40,871 bases of DNA from a virus (lineage: Duplodnaviria > Caudoviricetes). This document shows, piece after piece, positions 26,124 to 34,581 of this stretch (within the stretch, counting starts at the first letter, position 1; the number at the start of each line of letters is the position of its first letter). A program made the position numbers and the translations under genes. The notes under the pieces were generated by a model. That model had not been told where the DNA came from. It saw nothing but the letters and a program-made list of their open reading frames with translations, and searched no databases. Location of the stretch: positions 1 through 40,871 of IMG/VR virus record IMGVR_UViG_3300048892_000050; one strand, 5' to 3'.

Positions 26124-27454
26124 TCCAGCTAAACGGAAATACCCAAAAGCTGCAATGCGTGATGTCCGGCGCAGCGGCCACGACGAATCCTGATTACTGG
26201 GCGTCATGGGCACAATGCAGCACGGCGTCGCTAGTCACCTATGACGGCGCAGGCGGTACGCTCAACGGCAACACGGACGTTGATCTGATTACCGGCATTG
26301 CGTCGATGCAGCTTATCGTGAAGTCGATCAGCGTCTACAACAGAGACACCGCCGCCGTCACGCTCACCTTCAAGATGGACGTGAGCGGAACGGATCGCTA
26401 TCTATTCGCCTGCGTCCTGCAACCGGGCGAGTCGGTTACTTACAACGAAGCGGGCTGGGCGGTCACGAACACGTCCGGCTATTTCCTGTCGTCTATTGCG
26501 GCGGCCGGCACTAACACGCAAATTCAGTACAACAACAGCGGCAGCATGGGGGCCAATGCCGGACTGACATTCAATAGTTCGACGCAGCTTTTCTCCCGTA
26601 CCGGTACCAATCCGGCCGAGGACGTAGCCGCCGGAACGTTTCCCAGTGCGCCCAGTAGCGGCAACCTGCGCACCAGCATGTATTCGCTGTCCGGGCGTCC
26701 TACACCGTTTGTCACGGGTCCGACTGGCGTTGCTCGCTCCCTAGAGTATTGGGAGGCCACGGCTTCCAAGGTGGGCTGGTTCAACGGCCCGACATCGGCC
26801 GGCACGTATTTCGGCGTCAACGGAGCGAATGCAGGTACGGCCACGCAGGTTGCGCCGACGACTACGAACAAGGCGACGATGGAGCATCGCTGCACCTACG
26901 CGACGGTCGTCACGACGCAAAACCAGCAAGTCGGCGTTCGCTCGTCCACATCCACGCTGTTCCGAGGTAATGCGGCCGGTGTCGGCGGGTTTTTCTTCAT
27001 TGCCCGCTTCATGTTCGCCTCGATCAAGACCGGCTGCCGTGCCTTTGTCGGTCTTGCGCCGCAAAGCTCAACGCTGCTGGCCGCCGATCCTTCGGCCTTG
27101 GTGAACTGCTTGGGATTTGGCTTCGACATCGCCGATACCGCCTGGACGTTCATGCACAACGATGCCAGCGGCACGGCGACGAAAGACGCCATTGCTGGCC
27201 AAACCACGCTCGCCACGAACAACACGGCGTTCGACGCCTATATCCAGTGCGATCCAAACTCGTCCACGGTCAATTACGCGCTATACGACGTGATTCAAGG
27301 CACGTGGCTATGCAACACGTCCGCCTCATCCGATCTGCCGGTGAACACGACGGCGCTGGCGTGGAACGTGGTCATGGGCAACGGTACGGCCAACACGACA
27401 GCCGGTGATGCGTCCATCGGCGTTAATCAAGTCAGCGTCTATCTGGAGCGTTGA
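26120..27454 (+). CDS. Putative tail fibre / receptor-binding protein
   Basis: 444 aa T/S/A/G-rich; AAGTNTQIQYNNSG fibre motif; lectin-like beta C-terminus. Confidence 0.7.
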   Translation: MIQLNGNTQKLQCVMSGAAATTNPDYWASWAQCSTASLVTYDGAGGTLNGNTDVDLITGIASMQLIVKSISVYNRDTAAVTLTFKMDVSGTDRYLFACVLQPGESVTYNEAGWAVTNTSGYFLSSIAAAGTNTQIQYNNSGSMGANAGLTFNSSTQLFSRTGTNPAEDVAAGTFPSAPSSGNLRTSMYSLSGRPTPFVTGPTGVARSLEYWEATASKVGWFNGPTSAGTYFGVNGANAGTATQVAPTTTNKATMEHRCTYATVVTTQNQQVGVRSSTSTLFRGNAAGVGGFFFIARFMFASIKTGCRAFVGLAPQSSTLLAADPSALVNCLGFGFDIADTAWTFMHNDASGTATKDAIAGQTTLATNNTAFDAYIQCDPNSSTVNYALYDVIQGTWLCNTSASSDLPVNTTALAWNVVMGNGTANTTAGDASIGVNQVSVYLER

Positions 27455-27455
27455 T

Positions 27456-27623
27456 ATGGCCGACTATCAGCAATTCATCGTCAACAAGGTGCCGGCCCTC
27501 AAGGCATACAACGCATTGGCAACACCTTCGGCTGCCCAACAGACGGCGATCATCAAGGAGCTGGTTCAGGCTGTGGCTGCGCTGGCGTTCCTATTGCAGA
27601 ACCACCCGGACGACACGCCATGA
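27456..27623 (+). CDS. Small protein after fibre gene (possible chaperone)
   Basis: GGAG RBS, 55 aa. Confidence 0.55.
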   Translation: MADYQQFIVNKVPALKAYNALATPSAAQQTAIIKELVQAVAALAFLLQNHPDDTP

Positions 27624-27667
27624 AATGGCTGATCCTGTTATTCATCCTGTTCTGGCCTTGGGATTGA
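27620..27667 (+). CDS. Possible 15-aa hydrophobic peptide
   Basis: MKWLILLFILFWPWD; ATGA overlap, fills the gap exactly. Confidence 0.35.
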   Translation: MKWLILLFILFWPWD

Positions 27668-27668
27668 C

Positions 27669-27959
27669 ATGACCGAGCAAGAAAACATCCGCTATCGGTT
27701 GGCCGAAGTCGAACGCCGACTGGACGACTTGCGAGACGACATGGACGAAAAGCACCTGGCAGTTATGGGCGAATTGACGAAAGTCAGCGCGGCCAATGCG
27801 GAACTGCTGGCGTTGTTCAATGGCGGAAAAGCGGCGCTCGGATTTATCCGGGGCGCGGGAAAAATAACCATCACGTTTTCGGTATTCGTGGCTGCGCTTG
27901 GCGCGATATGGCTGGCCTTCAAGGCGTTTCTTGCCGTCCTCTTCGCGGTGCCGAAATGA
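27669..27959 (+). CDS. Holin/antiholin-like membrane protein
   Basis: Coiled-coil N-terminus and C-terminal TM; immediately upstream of endolysin. Confidence 0.6.
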   Translation: MTEQENIRYRLAEVERRLDDLRDDMDEKHLAVMGELTKVSAANAELLALFNGGKAALGFIRGAGKITITFSVFVAALGAIWLAFKAFLAVLFAVPK

Positions 27960-28396
27960 GCGAACCGCGCACATTCTCCGACAACGGATTGGCCCTATTA
28001 ACCGACTGGGAAGGCGGCCGGAAACTGGTCGCCTATATTGACTCTGGCGGTGTCTGGACAATCGGCGTCGGCCACACCGGAGGTGTGCGCAAGGGCGATC
28101 ACATTACGGCGGCACAGTGCGATGCCTTGCTGCGCGAAGACGTGAAACAGGCGGAGCGGGCTGTCCAGAAAGTCAAAGTGCCGCTCACGCAAAACCAGTT
28201 CGACGCGCTGGTAATTTTCACCCTCAACGTTGGCGTGGCAGCCTTTCTGGAATCGACGCTACTGCGCCTGCTCAACGGGAAAGCCTACGATATGGTTCCC
28301 GGCCAGATGAAGCGGTGGAACAAGGACAACGGGGAAATCGTGCAAGGACTGACGAATCGCCGGCAGAAAGAAATAAATCTCTGGAATACGCCATGA
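27956..28396 (+). CDS. Endolysin, GH24 lysozyme
   Basis: WEG...AYIDSGGVWTIGVGHT (E-D-T triad), QNQFDALV, GLTNRRQKE. Confidence 0.95.
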   Translation: MSEPRTFSDNGLALLTDWEGGRKLVAYIDSGGVWTIGVGHTGGVRKGDHITAAQCDALLREDVKQAERAVQKVKVPLTQNQFDALVIFTLNVGVAAFLESTLLRLLNGKAYDMVPGQMKRWNKDNGEIVQGLTNRRQKEINLWNTP

Positions 28397-28752
28397 CCAT
28401 GCCCAGCCGCTTCGATGAAAAGGTGAACGCGCTGCTCGCTGGCTTCGTGGTCGCCGTGGTCCCCTACGCCTTCACGGTCCTGCTGTTCAAAGACGTTCCG
28501 GCGACGGCGCGCGATATCGTGATGATGCTGGTCGGCGTCATGGCCGCGAACGCCACCCAGGCGGTCCAGAATCGCTTTGGCAGCAATCCCTCGCAGCAAC
28601 GCAAGGATGAGACGATTGCCACGCAGGCAAGCACACTGGCGGCAGCACAGGCGGCATTGCCAGCGGTTGCAGGGGCAGTTCAGCCGGCTGACGTTAAGCT
28701 CGACCCCGGACAGTCCGCCATCGTGTCGGCTGTTGACCCGACGAAGGAGTAA
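28393..28752 (+). CDS. Holin-like two-TM protein
   Basis: Two hydrophobic helices then RFGSNPSQQRKDETI; follows endolysin. Confidence 0.65.
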   Translation: MTMPSRFDEKVNALLAGFVVAVVPYAFTVLLFKDVPATARDIVMMLVGVMAANATQAVQNRFGSNPSQQRKDETIATQASTLAAAQAALPAVAGAVQPADVKLDPGQSAIVSAVDPTKE

Positions 28753-28755
28753 TTT

Positions 28756-28908
28756 ATGGTTCTCTCGGTCCCTGTCTTGCTGCTCCTGATTCCATTCATC
28801 TGTTTTCTCGTCCTCGCGCTTATCAACGGCGAGTTTCGCGGCTCAAATTTCTGGTTTCAGTTGATCGTCTGCGCCGCCATCCTCATGACTTTTGGAATGA
28901 TCCGATGA
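28756..28908 (+). CDS. Small two-TM membrane protein (50 aa, not in ORF track)
   Basis: AAGGAG RBS; MVLSVPVLLLLIPFICFLVLALING...; ATGA overlap with the next gene. Confidence 0.6.
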   Translation: MVLSVPVLLLLIPFICFLVLALINGEFRGSNFWFQLIVCAAILMTFGMIR

Positions 28909-29210
28909 AAACTGCCTGTGTACTTTTTCTAACCGTGGCGCTCGCCGGCTGCGCGGGCCAATCCACCAAACCCCTCGCCACGGCGCATCAGCAGATTGAG
29001 GCTGCCTGCGTCGGTATATCGGCGTCCTACGCACTGGCCGCGACCGCCAATGATGCCCACAGGCTCTCAGCGGCCCAGCAGGCGCAGTTCAAGAAAGCTT
29101 CGAGCATCACCGATAAGGTGTGCCTGAACATTCCCTATAGCTGGGCGGATGTGCCGGCGAACTTCACCGATCAAGCCAATATCCTGCAAGCCTTGGGAGC
29201 GAAGCCATGA
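28905..29210 (+). CDS. Lipoprotein, candidate outer-membrane spanin component
   Basis: Signal peptide with lipobox LAGC; within the lysis cassette. Confidence 0.7.
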   Translation: MKTACVLFLTVALAGCAGQSTKPLATAHQQIEAACVGISASYALAATANDAHRLSAAQQAQFKKASSITDKVCLNIPYSWADVPANFTDQANILQALGAKP

Positions 29211-29488
29211 CTCCGGAACAAAAAGCCAAGTTTGAAGCCATCGCCAATGGCATCCTGAGCGCGCTGGCGGTCATCAACCCCGCTGCGGGCGTAGCGGCCA
29301 AGGCATTGCAGGAAGTCGCCTTGGCGCGCGATCTGTTCGGGCTGGGGACGGAATTCAGCGACCTGCTGAACGAAGTCCGCGAAGAAAGTGACGCGACGGC
29401 GGAACAGGTCGGCGGGGACGTGTCGGCGGCGTATATCGCCAATCGCGACAAGATGCTGGCGAGCTTTGCGGAGCATCCGGGTTCGTAA
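29207..29488 (+). CDS. Hypothetical helical protein, last gene of late operon
   Basis: GGGAG RBS, ATGA overlap. Confidence 0.65.
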   Translation: MTPEQKAKFEAIANGILSALAVINPAAGVAAKALQEVALARDLFGLGTEFSDLLNEVREESDATAEQVGGDVSAAYIANRDKMLASFAEHPGS

Positions 29489-29610
29489 GATGGAAAGGCG
29501 GCGCTCGGGTCTGGCCGCAGCACCACCGAGAACACCGCCAGCCGGGAGTCCGTCAACTCTGGCCGTGCAAAACATTAACAAACTGAACGGGTTAGGTCAA
29601 ACCGGCTCGT

Positions 29611-29931
29611 TCATGGTGCATATTTCAGCGCGTCTATTTTCTCGATTGTCGCCACAAGTTCAGCGCGCAAGGACAGGAAGGCGTCCCGGTGTGATTCGCT
29701 TACAGTCGTCGGCTCTACCCGAAAATGGCGCAAAAATTCAATCATGTCGTCCACGCATTCGGCAATGGAAAACCGGAAACTGAGAAAGACATCTTCCTCC
29801 CAAGCCGCCCAAGTTTCGATGGCGGCATCTATATCTGCGTCGCCGCATTCGCTGGAAATATAAATCCCGAATGTAACCTTTCCGTCCTCAAATTTTGAGT
29901 GCAGGCATTCTTCCGTTTTTATAAGTTCCAT
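29611..29931 (-). CDS. Acidic hypothetical protein, last gene of leftward operon
   Basis: 106-aa ORF adjacent to upstream stop. Confidence 0.6.
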   Translation of the reverse strand: MELIKTEECLHSKFEDGKVTFGIYISSECGDADIDAAIETWAAWEEDVFLSFRFSIAECVDDMIEFLRHFRVEPTTVSESHRDAFLSLRAELVATIEKIDALKYAP

Positions 29932-29932
29932 A

Positions 29933-30265
29933 TCACCGCCCCGCCTCGGCGTCGTTGGTCAGGGCGGTTGCTTTGAGGATTTGCAATAGCGCTTCGGCAT
30001 CATGCTTATAAGCGGCCAGACTGCGTTCGGCAACTTCGGCACGTTCTCTTGCTGCATTGAACCAGTCAACGCAGTCAAGGTTGGCTTTGCGTAGGCTTTC
30101 ATTCTCCCGCTGACAGGCGGCGAGCTGTTCGCGCAGGCTTTCGAGTTCTTGCGCTGGCGTCAGTGGATTGAATGAAATGGTTCCGTGAATGACCGCTCCA
30201 CTTACGCAATACGGGCAGGCGGTTGTGTCGATCATTCGTCCGCATTGTGGGCAACGGCAGCTCAT
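29933..30265 (-). CDS. Hypothetical protein with N-terminal Zn ribbon and coiled coil
   Basis: CPQC...CPYC; GGAGG RBS; ATGA overlap. Confidence 0.65.
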   Translation of the reverse strand: MSCRCPQCGRMIDTTACPYCVSGAVIHGTISFNPLTPAQELESLREQLAACQRENESLRKANLDCVDWFNAARERAEVAERSLAAYKHDAEALLQILKATALTNDAEAGR

Positions 30266-30690
30266 GGCTTAGCCTCCAGCGCGGCGGTCAGGGCGGCTAA
30301 ATTGGCTCTTTTCTTGTATTTGCCGCTCGGAGTCCAGCACGGATAAATAACTCCGGTGTTGCTAACATGCCCGGCGCGAGTGAAATTGCATTTAGCGCAG
30401 AGTTCATCATCTGGATAATTTGGCATCGGTTCGCCTTCGCTGAGAATTGCGTAAATGGCTACCGCAAAATCAGCAGCCGTTCGGCTATCGCCAGTATCTA
30501 GGTACGGATGCAGTATTTGCATGATGCGCTCGCGCTGCGATTCGTTGACCTCCCCGCCCTCCGCCTTGCCCTGGGCGTACATGGCGAGCATTTGGTCGGC
30601 GGAATATCCGACAATTAGCTTTGTTCCAGCTACACCAGCATTCATGGAAATTGCTGGGCACGGCAGCACCGGCCCCTTGGTGTCGTTCAT
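30262..30690 (-). CDS. Mosaic hypothetical protein
   Basis: AAGGAG RBS before MNDTKGPVLP. Confidence 0.65.
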   Translation of the reverse strand: MNDTKGPVLPCPAISMNAGVAGTKLIVGYSADQMLAMYAQGKAEGGEVNESQRERIMQILHPYLDTGDSRTAADFAVAIYAILSEGEPMPNYPDDELCAKCNFTRAGHVSNTGVIYPCWTPSGKYKKRANLAALTAALEAKP

Positions 30691-30703
30691 TTGGGTTTCT
30701 CCT

Positions 30704-31018
30704 TTAGCTGGCGAGGATTGCATAGGCCACCTTGCAGGCAATGTGTAGTGCTTGGTCGGCATTGAATCCGATGTAACCCTTGCACTTGGCGTGGTCAATG
30801 TACGTGTGCGCGACCAACTCGAAAGCGGCACACCACACCGATCCGGTAATCAACCAGACAAAGCCAGCATGAATGGCCGCATGGGATAGCAGGATCGTTT
30901 GCCATGGCACACCGGGGAACGGTGCGGTGCAGTTCTTGGCCTTAGCCATAAAGTCCCCCTGCAACGGATAGTCCGCCAGCAGGTGAGCGACAACCAACAA
31001 CGCGAGCATGCGGATCAT
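30704..31018 (-). CDS. DUF3307-like membrane protein
   Basis: AHLLADYPLQ, HAAIH, HTYIDHAK, DQALH. Confidence 0.85.
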   Translation of the reverse strand: MIRMLALLVVAHLLADYPLQGDFMAKAKNCTAPFPGVPWQTILLSHAAIHAGFVWLITGSVWCAAFELVAHTYIDHAKCKGYIGFNADQALHIACKVAYAILAS

Positions 31019-31803
31019 CCCTTCCTCCCAGCCATGGCGGCGTTCAGGGCGGCGCGTATCGCGTCTTTTGTCGCCCTTGGTCTGGAATACTTAACACGCT
31101 GATATTCAGCCATTGCGCGCTCCACCATCTCCTCCGTCACCTCGACGGCCTTGGCGGGGTGAGTGTAGGCATATTCAACATTCAATTGAGCTTCTGCATT
31201 CAGCGAATGTGAGATATCCGACCAATTACCTTTCCAGCCATCTCGTCCGACATATCGCCACGCCACCGCCTCCCCCACGGCAATGCTGGGGTGTTCGTAA
31301 AGCGGAGTTTGCGTCCAGCCTGCCGCGAAGTCGTTTGCGGTCAACGTAAGTTCTGCTGTAAACCGCTCACCGCGATTTACGTTTGGATGGCTGCGCATCC
31401 ACGCCACCGGCACCGCCTCCCCGTGCCCACCTGCGGCGCGACAGGATTCAGCGCCCTCCGCCTTGCCCTTGGCGTACATGGCGGGAGTTTTGTTGGCATC
31501 GGGCCACCAAGCTATCGCGGCTTCCAGTCGTTCAGCTCGCTCACGTTCGGCGTTGGTGATTTCAATCTGGCTAGCGAGTGCCACACCTAGCGAATGAATC
31601 GCGTTGGCCGCGTCAATGTCTAACTGGCTGCGGTAAAAAGTGGTGCCGTTGGCGTATGAGCCGGGCGGGCTGTCAAAGACAGCATCACGCTTGTCGCCCT
31701 GAACATAACCTTCGCTATCGACGCCGAAGGTACGCTCACGCAATCGGTTCTCAACGGAATCGAATCCGCCTGCCGGCAGCACCGGCCCCTCGGGAGTTTT
31801 CAT
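31015..31803 (-). CDS. Mosaic hypothetical protein (Ea/Ead-type accessory)
   Basis: GGAG RBS before MKTPEGPVLP; GEAVPVAW...PLY and VTEEMVERA modules. Confidence 0.7.
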   Translation of the reverse strand: MKTPEGPVLPAGGFDSVENRLRERTFGVDSEGYVQGDKRDAVFDSPPGSYANGTTFYRSQLDIDAANAIHSLGVALASQIEITNAERERAERLEAAIAWWPDANKTPAMYAKGKAEGAESCRAAGGHGEAVPVAWMRSHPNVNRGERFTAELTLTANDFAAGWTQTPLYEHPSIAVGEAVAWRYVGRDGWKGNWSDISHSLNAEAQLNVEYAYTHPAKAVEVTEEMVERAMAEYQRVKYSRPRATKDAIRAALNAAMAGRKG

Positions 31804-32180
31804 TTTGCTTTCTCCATCGGTTTGTTCCAGTGCGCGCCAATGGCATCGACTGGTTCTTGCTTGAAACTCTTTGCCTCGTAGCTGACTTTGTACGGGACAA
31901 TTCGAGTGTCGAAGTGCGCGTGTTCTGCGGCCACAAACCACCAGCGCAAAGATTGAGCCGCTTCGTAGGTCAGCAGATCGCCAAACAGACTTAACACTCC
32001 ACGCCAGTCGTGAATAGGGACGCCGTGGCTGGACTTGTTGAAGGTAACAACGCGCCATTCTGTGCCGAATATTGTGCCGTCCTGAGCTTGTCGGGGAACG
32101 TCACAGCGAGCCTCGACGCGGTAGGCTGTCAATGACCCGCCAGCGGTTTCAGTCGGCTTGATTTCGTTTTCGTTAGCCAT
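31800..32180 (-). CDS. Hypothetical protein
   Basis: 126-aa ORF overlapping both neighbours. Confidence 0.65.
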   Translation of the reverse strand: MANENEIKPTETAGGSLTAYRVEARCDVPRQAQDGTIFGTEWRVVTFNKSSHGVPIHDWRGVLSLFGDLLTYEAAQSLRWWFVAAEHAHFDTRIVPYKVSYEAKSFKQEPVDAIGAHWNKPMEKAK

Positions 32181-32577
32181 TCCCCTCTCCCTGCCCGGCT
32201 AGGTGGGCGTCGATGGCGGCGTCAAGCTGATCTCTACCCAGCATCCAGCACTCGTCGGTTTTCAGATCAAGGTTCCGCGTAGCTTTGCCTTCCTCATCGT
32301 AGATGCGCATGACGAGTTGGTCATTGTCACCATGACGCAACCACCTATACCGCGCATCGTTCTTCACCATTTCCGCAAACTCGGGGGAGCGGATGAAGTT
32401 CACGGCGGCGGCGATGAACGCGCCGTTGTCGTTTGCATTTTGTGGCCCGCAGATAAGCGCGATCCGTAGCGCCAAAGCATCGGCCGAAACAGTACCGTAT
32501 GCCTCGACACCTACATTGAAGCGCCACTCTCCCGGCGTCGCCTTCTCACTCAGCGCCATCAATTCCTTAGCGTCCAT
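32173..32577 (-). CDS. Ead/Ea22-like accessory protein
   Basis: EKATPGEW, NGAFIAAA, DARYRWLR, LDAAIDA. Confidence 0.7.
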   Translation of the reverse strand: MDAKELMALSEKATPGEWRFNVGVEAYGTVSADALALRIALICGPQNANDNGAFIAAAVNFIRSPEFAEMVKNDARYRWLRHGDNDQLVMRIYDEEGKATRNLDLKTDECWMLGRDQLDAAIDAHLAGQGEGNG

Positions 32578-32947
32578 TCTGTTCCTCCGAACGCGCGGCG
32601 GCAGGTGGGGCGGTTGGCGTTGTCGGTTTCGTGCCGTCCAGTAGCAGTTTGTTTTGCAAGATAAATTCGGATGCTCGGTGTGGCCCTACTTGCCGTCCAA
32701 TTTCCTGCATGTAATCGCAATCCTCGCTGTCCCTGCGCAACTTTTCGTATTCATCCCTCGGCACCATCACCCCCTCCGCTGGCTGCGCGGTGAGCAGGGC
32801 GCGTTCCAGCGCGTCGGCGCAGGCTTCATAGGCTTCTGCCTTGCCGAGAAAGCGATCACGGCCACGATACTTCTCGGCAGACTCGCGGTGAGTCTTGGCC
32901 GCTGCTCGCCAGTCTTGTATATGGGACTGCAATGCGGGGGTGTTCAT
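32567..32947 (-). CDS. Hypothetical protein
   Basis: Starts MNTPALQ at a TGATG overlap with the upstream gene. Confidence 0.6.
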   Translation of the reverse strand: MNTPALQSHIQDWRAAAKTHRESAEKYRGRDRFLGKAEAYEACADALERALLTAQPAEGVMVPRDEYEKLRRDSEDCDYMQEIGRQVGPHRASEFILQNKLLLDGTKPTTPTAPPAAARSEEQNGR

Positions 32948-33804
32948 CAGAAACATTCTCCGTCGTTCGCCTGACAAAGCAGGGCGGTATCGTTCAAGTC
33001 CAGCGTCCCCTGGTTCTCCACAAACAGCCGAATTTCTTTCATCGAATAGCGGCTGGAAAACTGCGCTCCTGTGCCGCTGGTCAGCGTTGACGCCAGCTCC
33101 TCCATCCCTTCCCACCATGCGTGGCGTTCCGGGTATTCGATGGCAATGCGGGCCTTGTGGCGCTCGGATTTCAGGAAACAGTCATCGCAGTTGCCGTCAG
33201 GCGTCTTGCCGTCAATGTTCTGCAAGCGAAGGTCGAACGGCTGGGCGGCCCAAAACGCCGTGACGGTGCGCTTGGAAACGCCCGCATCGGCAAGCGGCAT
33301 CCAGACGGTCCACCTATCCTTCGGCGGCGCTTTATTCAGTCGGTGCGGTTCATCGGCCCGGATTCCGGTTGCGTTCGTCCAGTGTTTCCAGCCCAGCGAC
33401 ATCAGGTAACGCTTCGCCGTTCGGATTTTCAATTCGACCGTGCAGAACCGGGCTTGTTGGTTCGGTAGGAACTTACGCTTGCGGATCAGGGTTTCAAACG
33501 GCTTGCCGTCCTCGCTGGCGGTTTCGCGGTTGACGATGGCGAACGACGAGTCCGGGCCGTATTCCAGCCACACGATATTGACACCCCACCGTTGGCCGAC
33601 TTCCTGCACAAAGTCCAAAGTCTCGGGCCGCTCGCGCCCGGTGTTCTGGAACGTCACGGCTACGCGATCAGGGAGCGGCCCATTCGCTTGCAGGATTTCA
33701 TGCAGCATGTAGGCGCTACTGCGCCCGCCAGAGAACGCGATCTGCACGTTTCCCTCGGGCAACGCATAGCACCCCGCCACCCCACTGTTGCGCATAGGGG
33801 TCAT
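32947..33804 (-). CDS. PAPS-reductase-family (PP-loop, probable Fe-S) protein
   Basis: IAFSGGRSS, FQNTGRE, RFCTVELK, GIRADE, GNCDDCFLK. Confidence 0.88.
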   Translation of the reverse strand: MTPMRNSGVAGCYALPEGNVQIAFSGGRSSAYMLHEILQANGPLPDRVAVTFQNTGRERPETLDFVQEVGQRWGVNIVWLEYGPDSSFAIVNRETASEDGKPFETLIRKRKFLPNQQARFCTVELKIRTAKRYLMSLGWKHWTNATGIRADEPHRLNKAPPKDRWTVWMPLADAGVSKRTVTAFWAAQPFDLRLQNIDGKTPDGNCDDCFLKSERHKARIAIEYPERHAWWEGMEELASTLTSGTGAQFSSRYSMKEIRLFVENQGTLDLNDTALLCQANDGECF

Positions 33805-34136
33805 GAGCGCAGCGCCTTGAGTTTGGCTTCGGCCTGTTCGCCCAGAACCTTGAATCGCTGATAGAACGCTTCGCCGTCAGCGCGTACCTGGCGGATTTCT
33901 ACGTAGGCGTTATGCAACGGGTCGGCACCGCTTCTGCTGAGTTCCGTGTCGCAGGGGTTGCAGTAGTAGCCATCGCCGGAACCGGAAACATGGATGCCGT
34001 GCGAATAGTTGCGGCCAAGTTTATCCTTGCATTCCCAGCAATGCTCAACGCCACATTTCAGGCATGGCGTCACATAGGTTTGCGCACCACAACTATCGCA
34101 AACATCGGCATCAATCGTAACGGTTTTCTTGCTCAT
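33801..34136 (-). CDS. Cys-rich Zn-finger protein
   Basis: Four CxxC pairs (CDSC, CLKC, CWEC, CNPC). Confidence 0.65.
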   Translation of the reverse strand: MSKKTVTIDADVCDSCGAQTYVTPCLKCGVEHCWECKDKLGRNYSHGIHVSGSGDGYYCNPCDTELSRSGADPLHNAYVEIRQVRADGEAFYQRFKVLGEQAEAKLKALRS

Positions 34137-34333
34137 TTCATCCCCCAACAAATCCTCAACAACGGTGGACGGGCGAGGCGCACAAACAGCCTCGCGTTCT
34201 TGATCGGCGGTAAGGGGGCGACTTGGCCGCATTTGGTCGCGGCGGATTGGGCCACGTAGCGGTCGCGGTTGTCGCTGAGCAGCTTCTCAAGCGACGGGTC
34301 TTGGGCGTGGGCGGGGCGGGTGGATGTGTTCAC
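34133..34333 (-). CDS. Hypothetical protein
   Basis: Fills the gap with overlaps at both ends. Confidence 0.4.
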   Translation of the reverse strand: MNTSTRPAHAQDPSLEKLLSDNRDRYVAQSAATKCGQVAPLPPIKNARLFVRLARPPLLRICWGMK

Positions 34334-34581
34334 ATCGCCACCACTTGCACGTTGTCCAGGCGTTCGCGTTTGGCAATGCGAATCGGCAGCCCGTAGCGGT
34401 ACATGCGCGGCTCGCCATAGCGAGTCACGCGGCCAGCGGCCATCAGGTCGGACAGCGCACGAAAAACGCGCTTGGTCCGCACATTCAGCACCGCCGCGAT
34501 TTCATCGCAGCCCATCGAACTCGGCGCGTTTTCGAGCAAGTACAGGACACGGGTAGGCAGGCATTTAGGATAGAGTTTCAT
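34330..34581 (-). CDS. Winged-helix DNA-binding protein
   Basis: EIAAVLNVRTKRVFRALSDLMAAGRV followed by wing. Confidence 0.7.
   Translation of the reverse strand: MKLYPKCLPTRVLYLLENAPSSMGCDEIAAVLNVRTKRVFRALSDLMAAGRVTRYGEPRMYRYGLPIRIAKRERLDNVQVVAM

Noticed and set aside
29388-29783. ORF containing NGLGQ, matching the low-complexity protein motif
   Set aside because: Overlaps real genes on both strands and lacks an RBS; treated as coincidence
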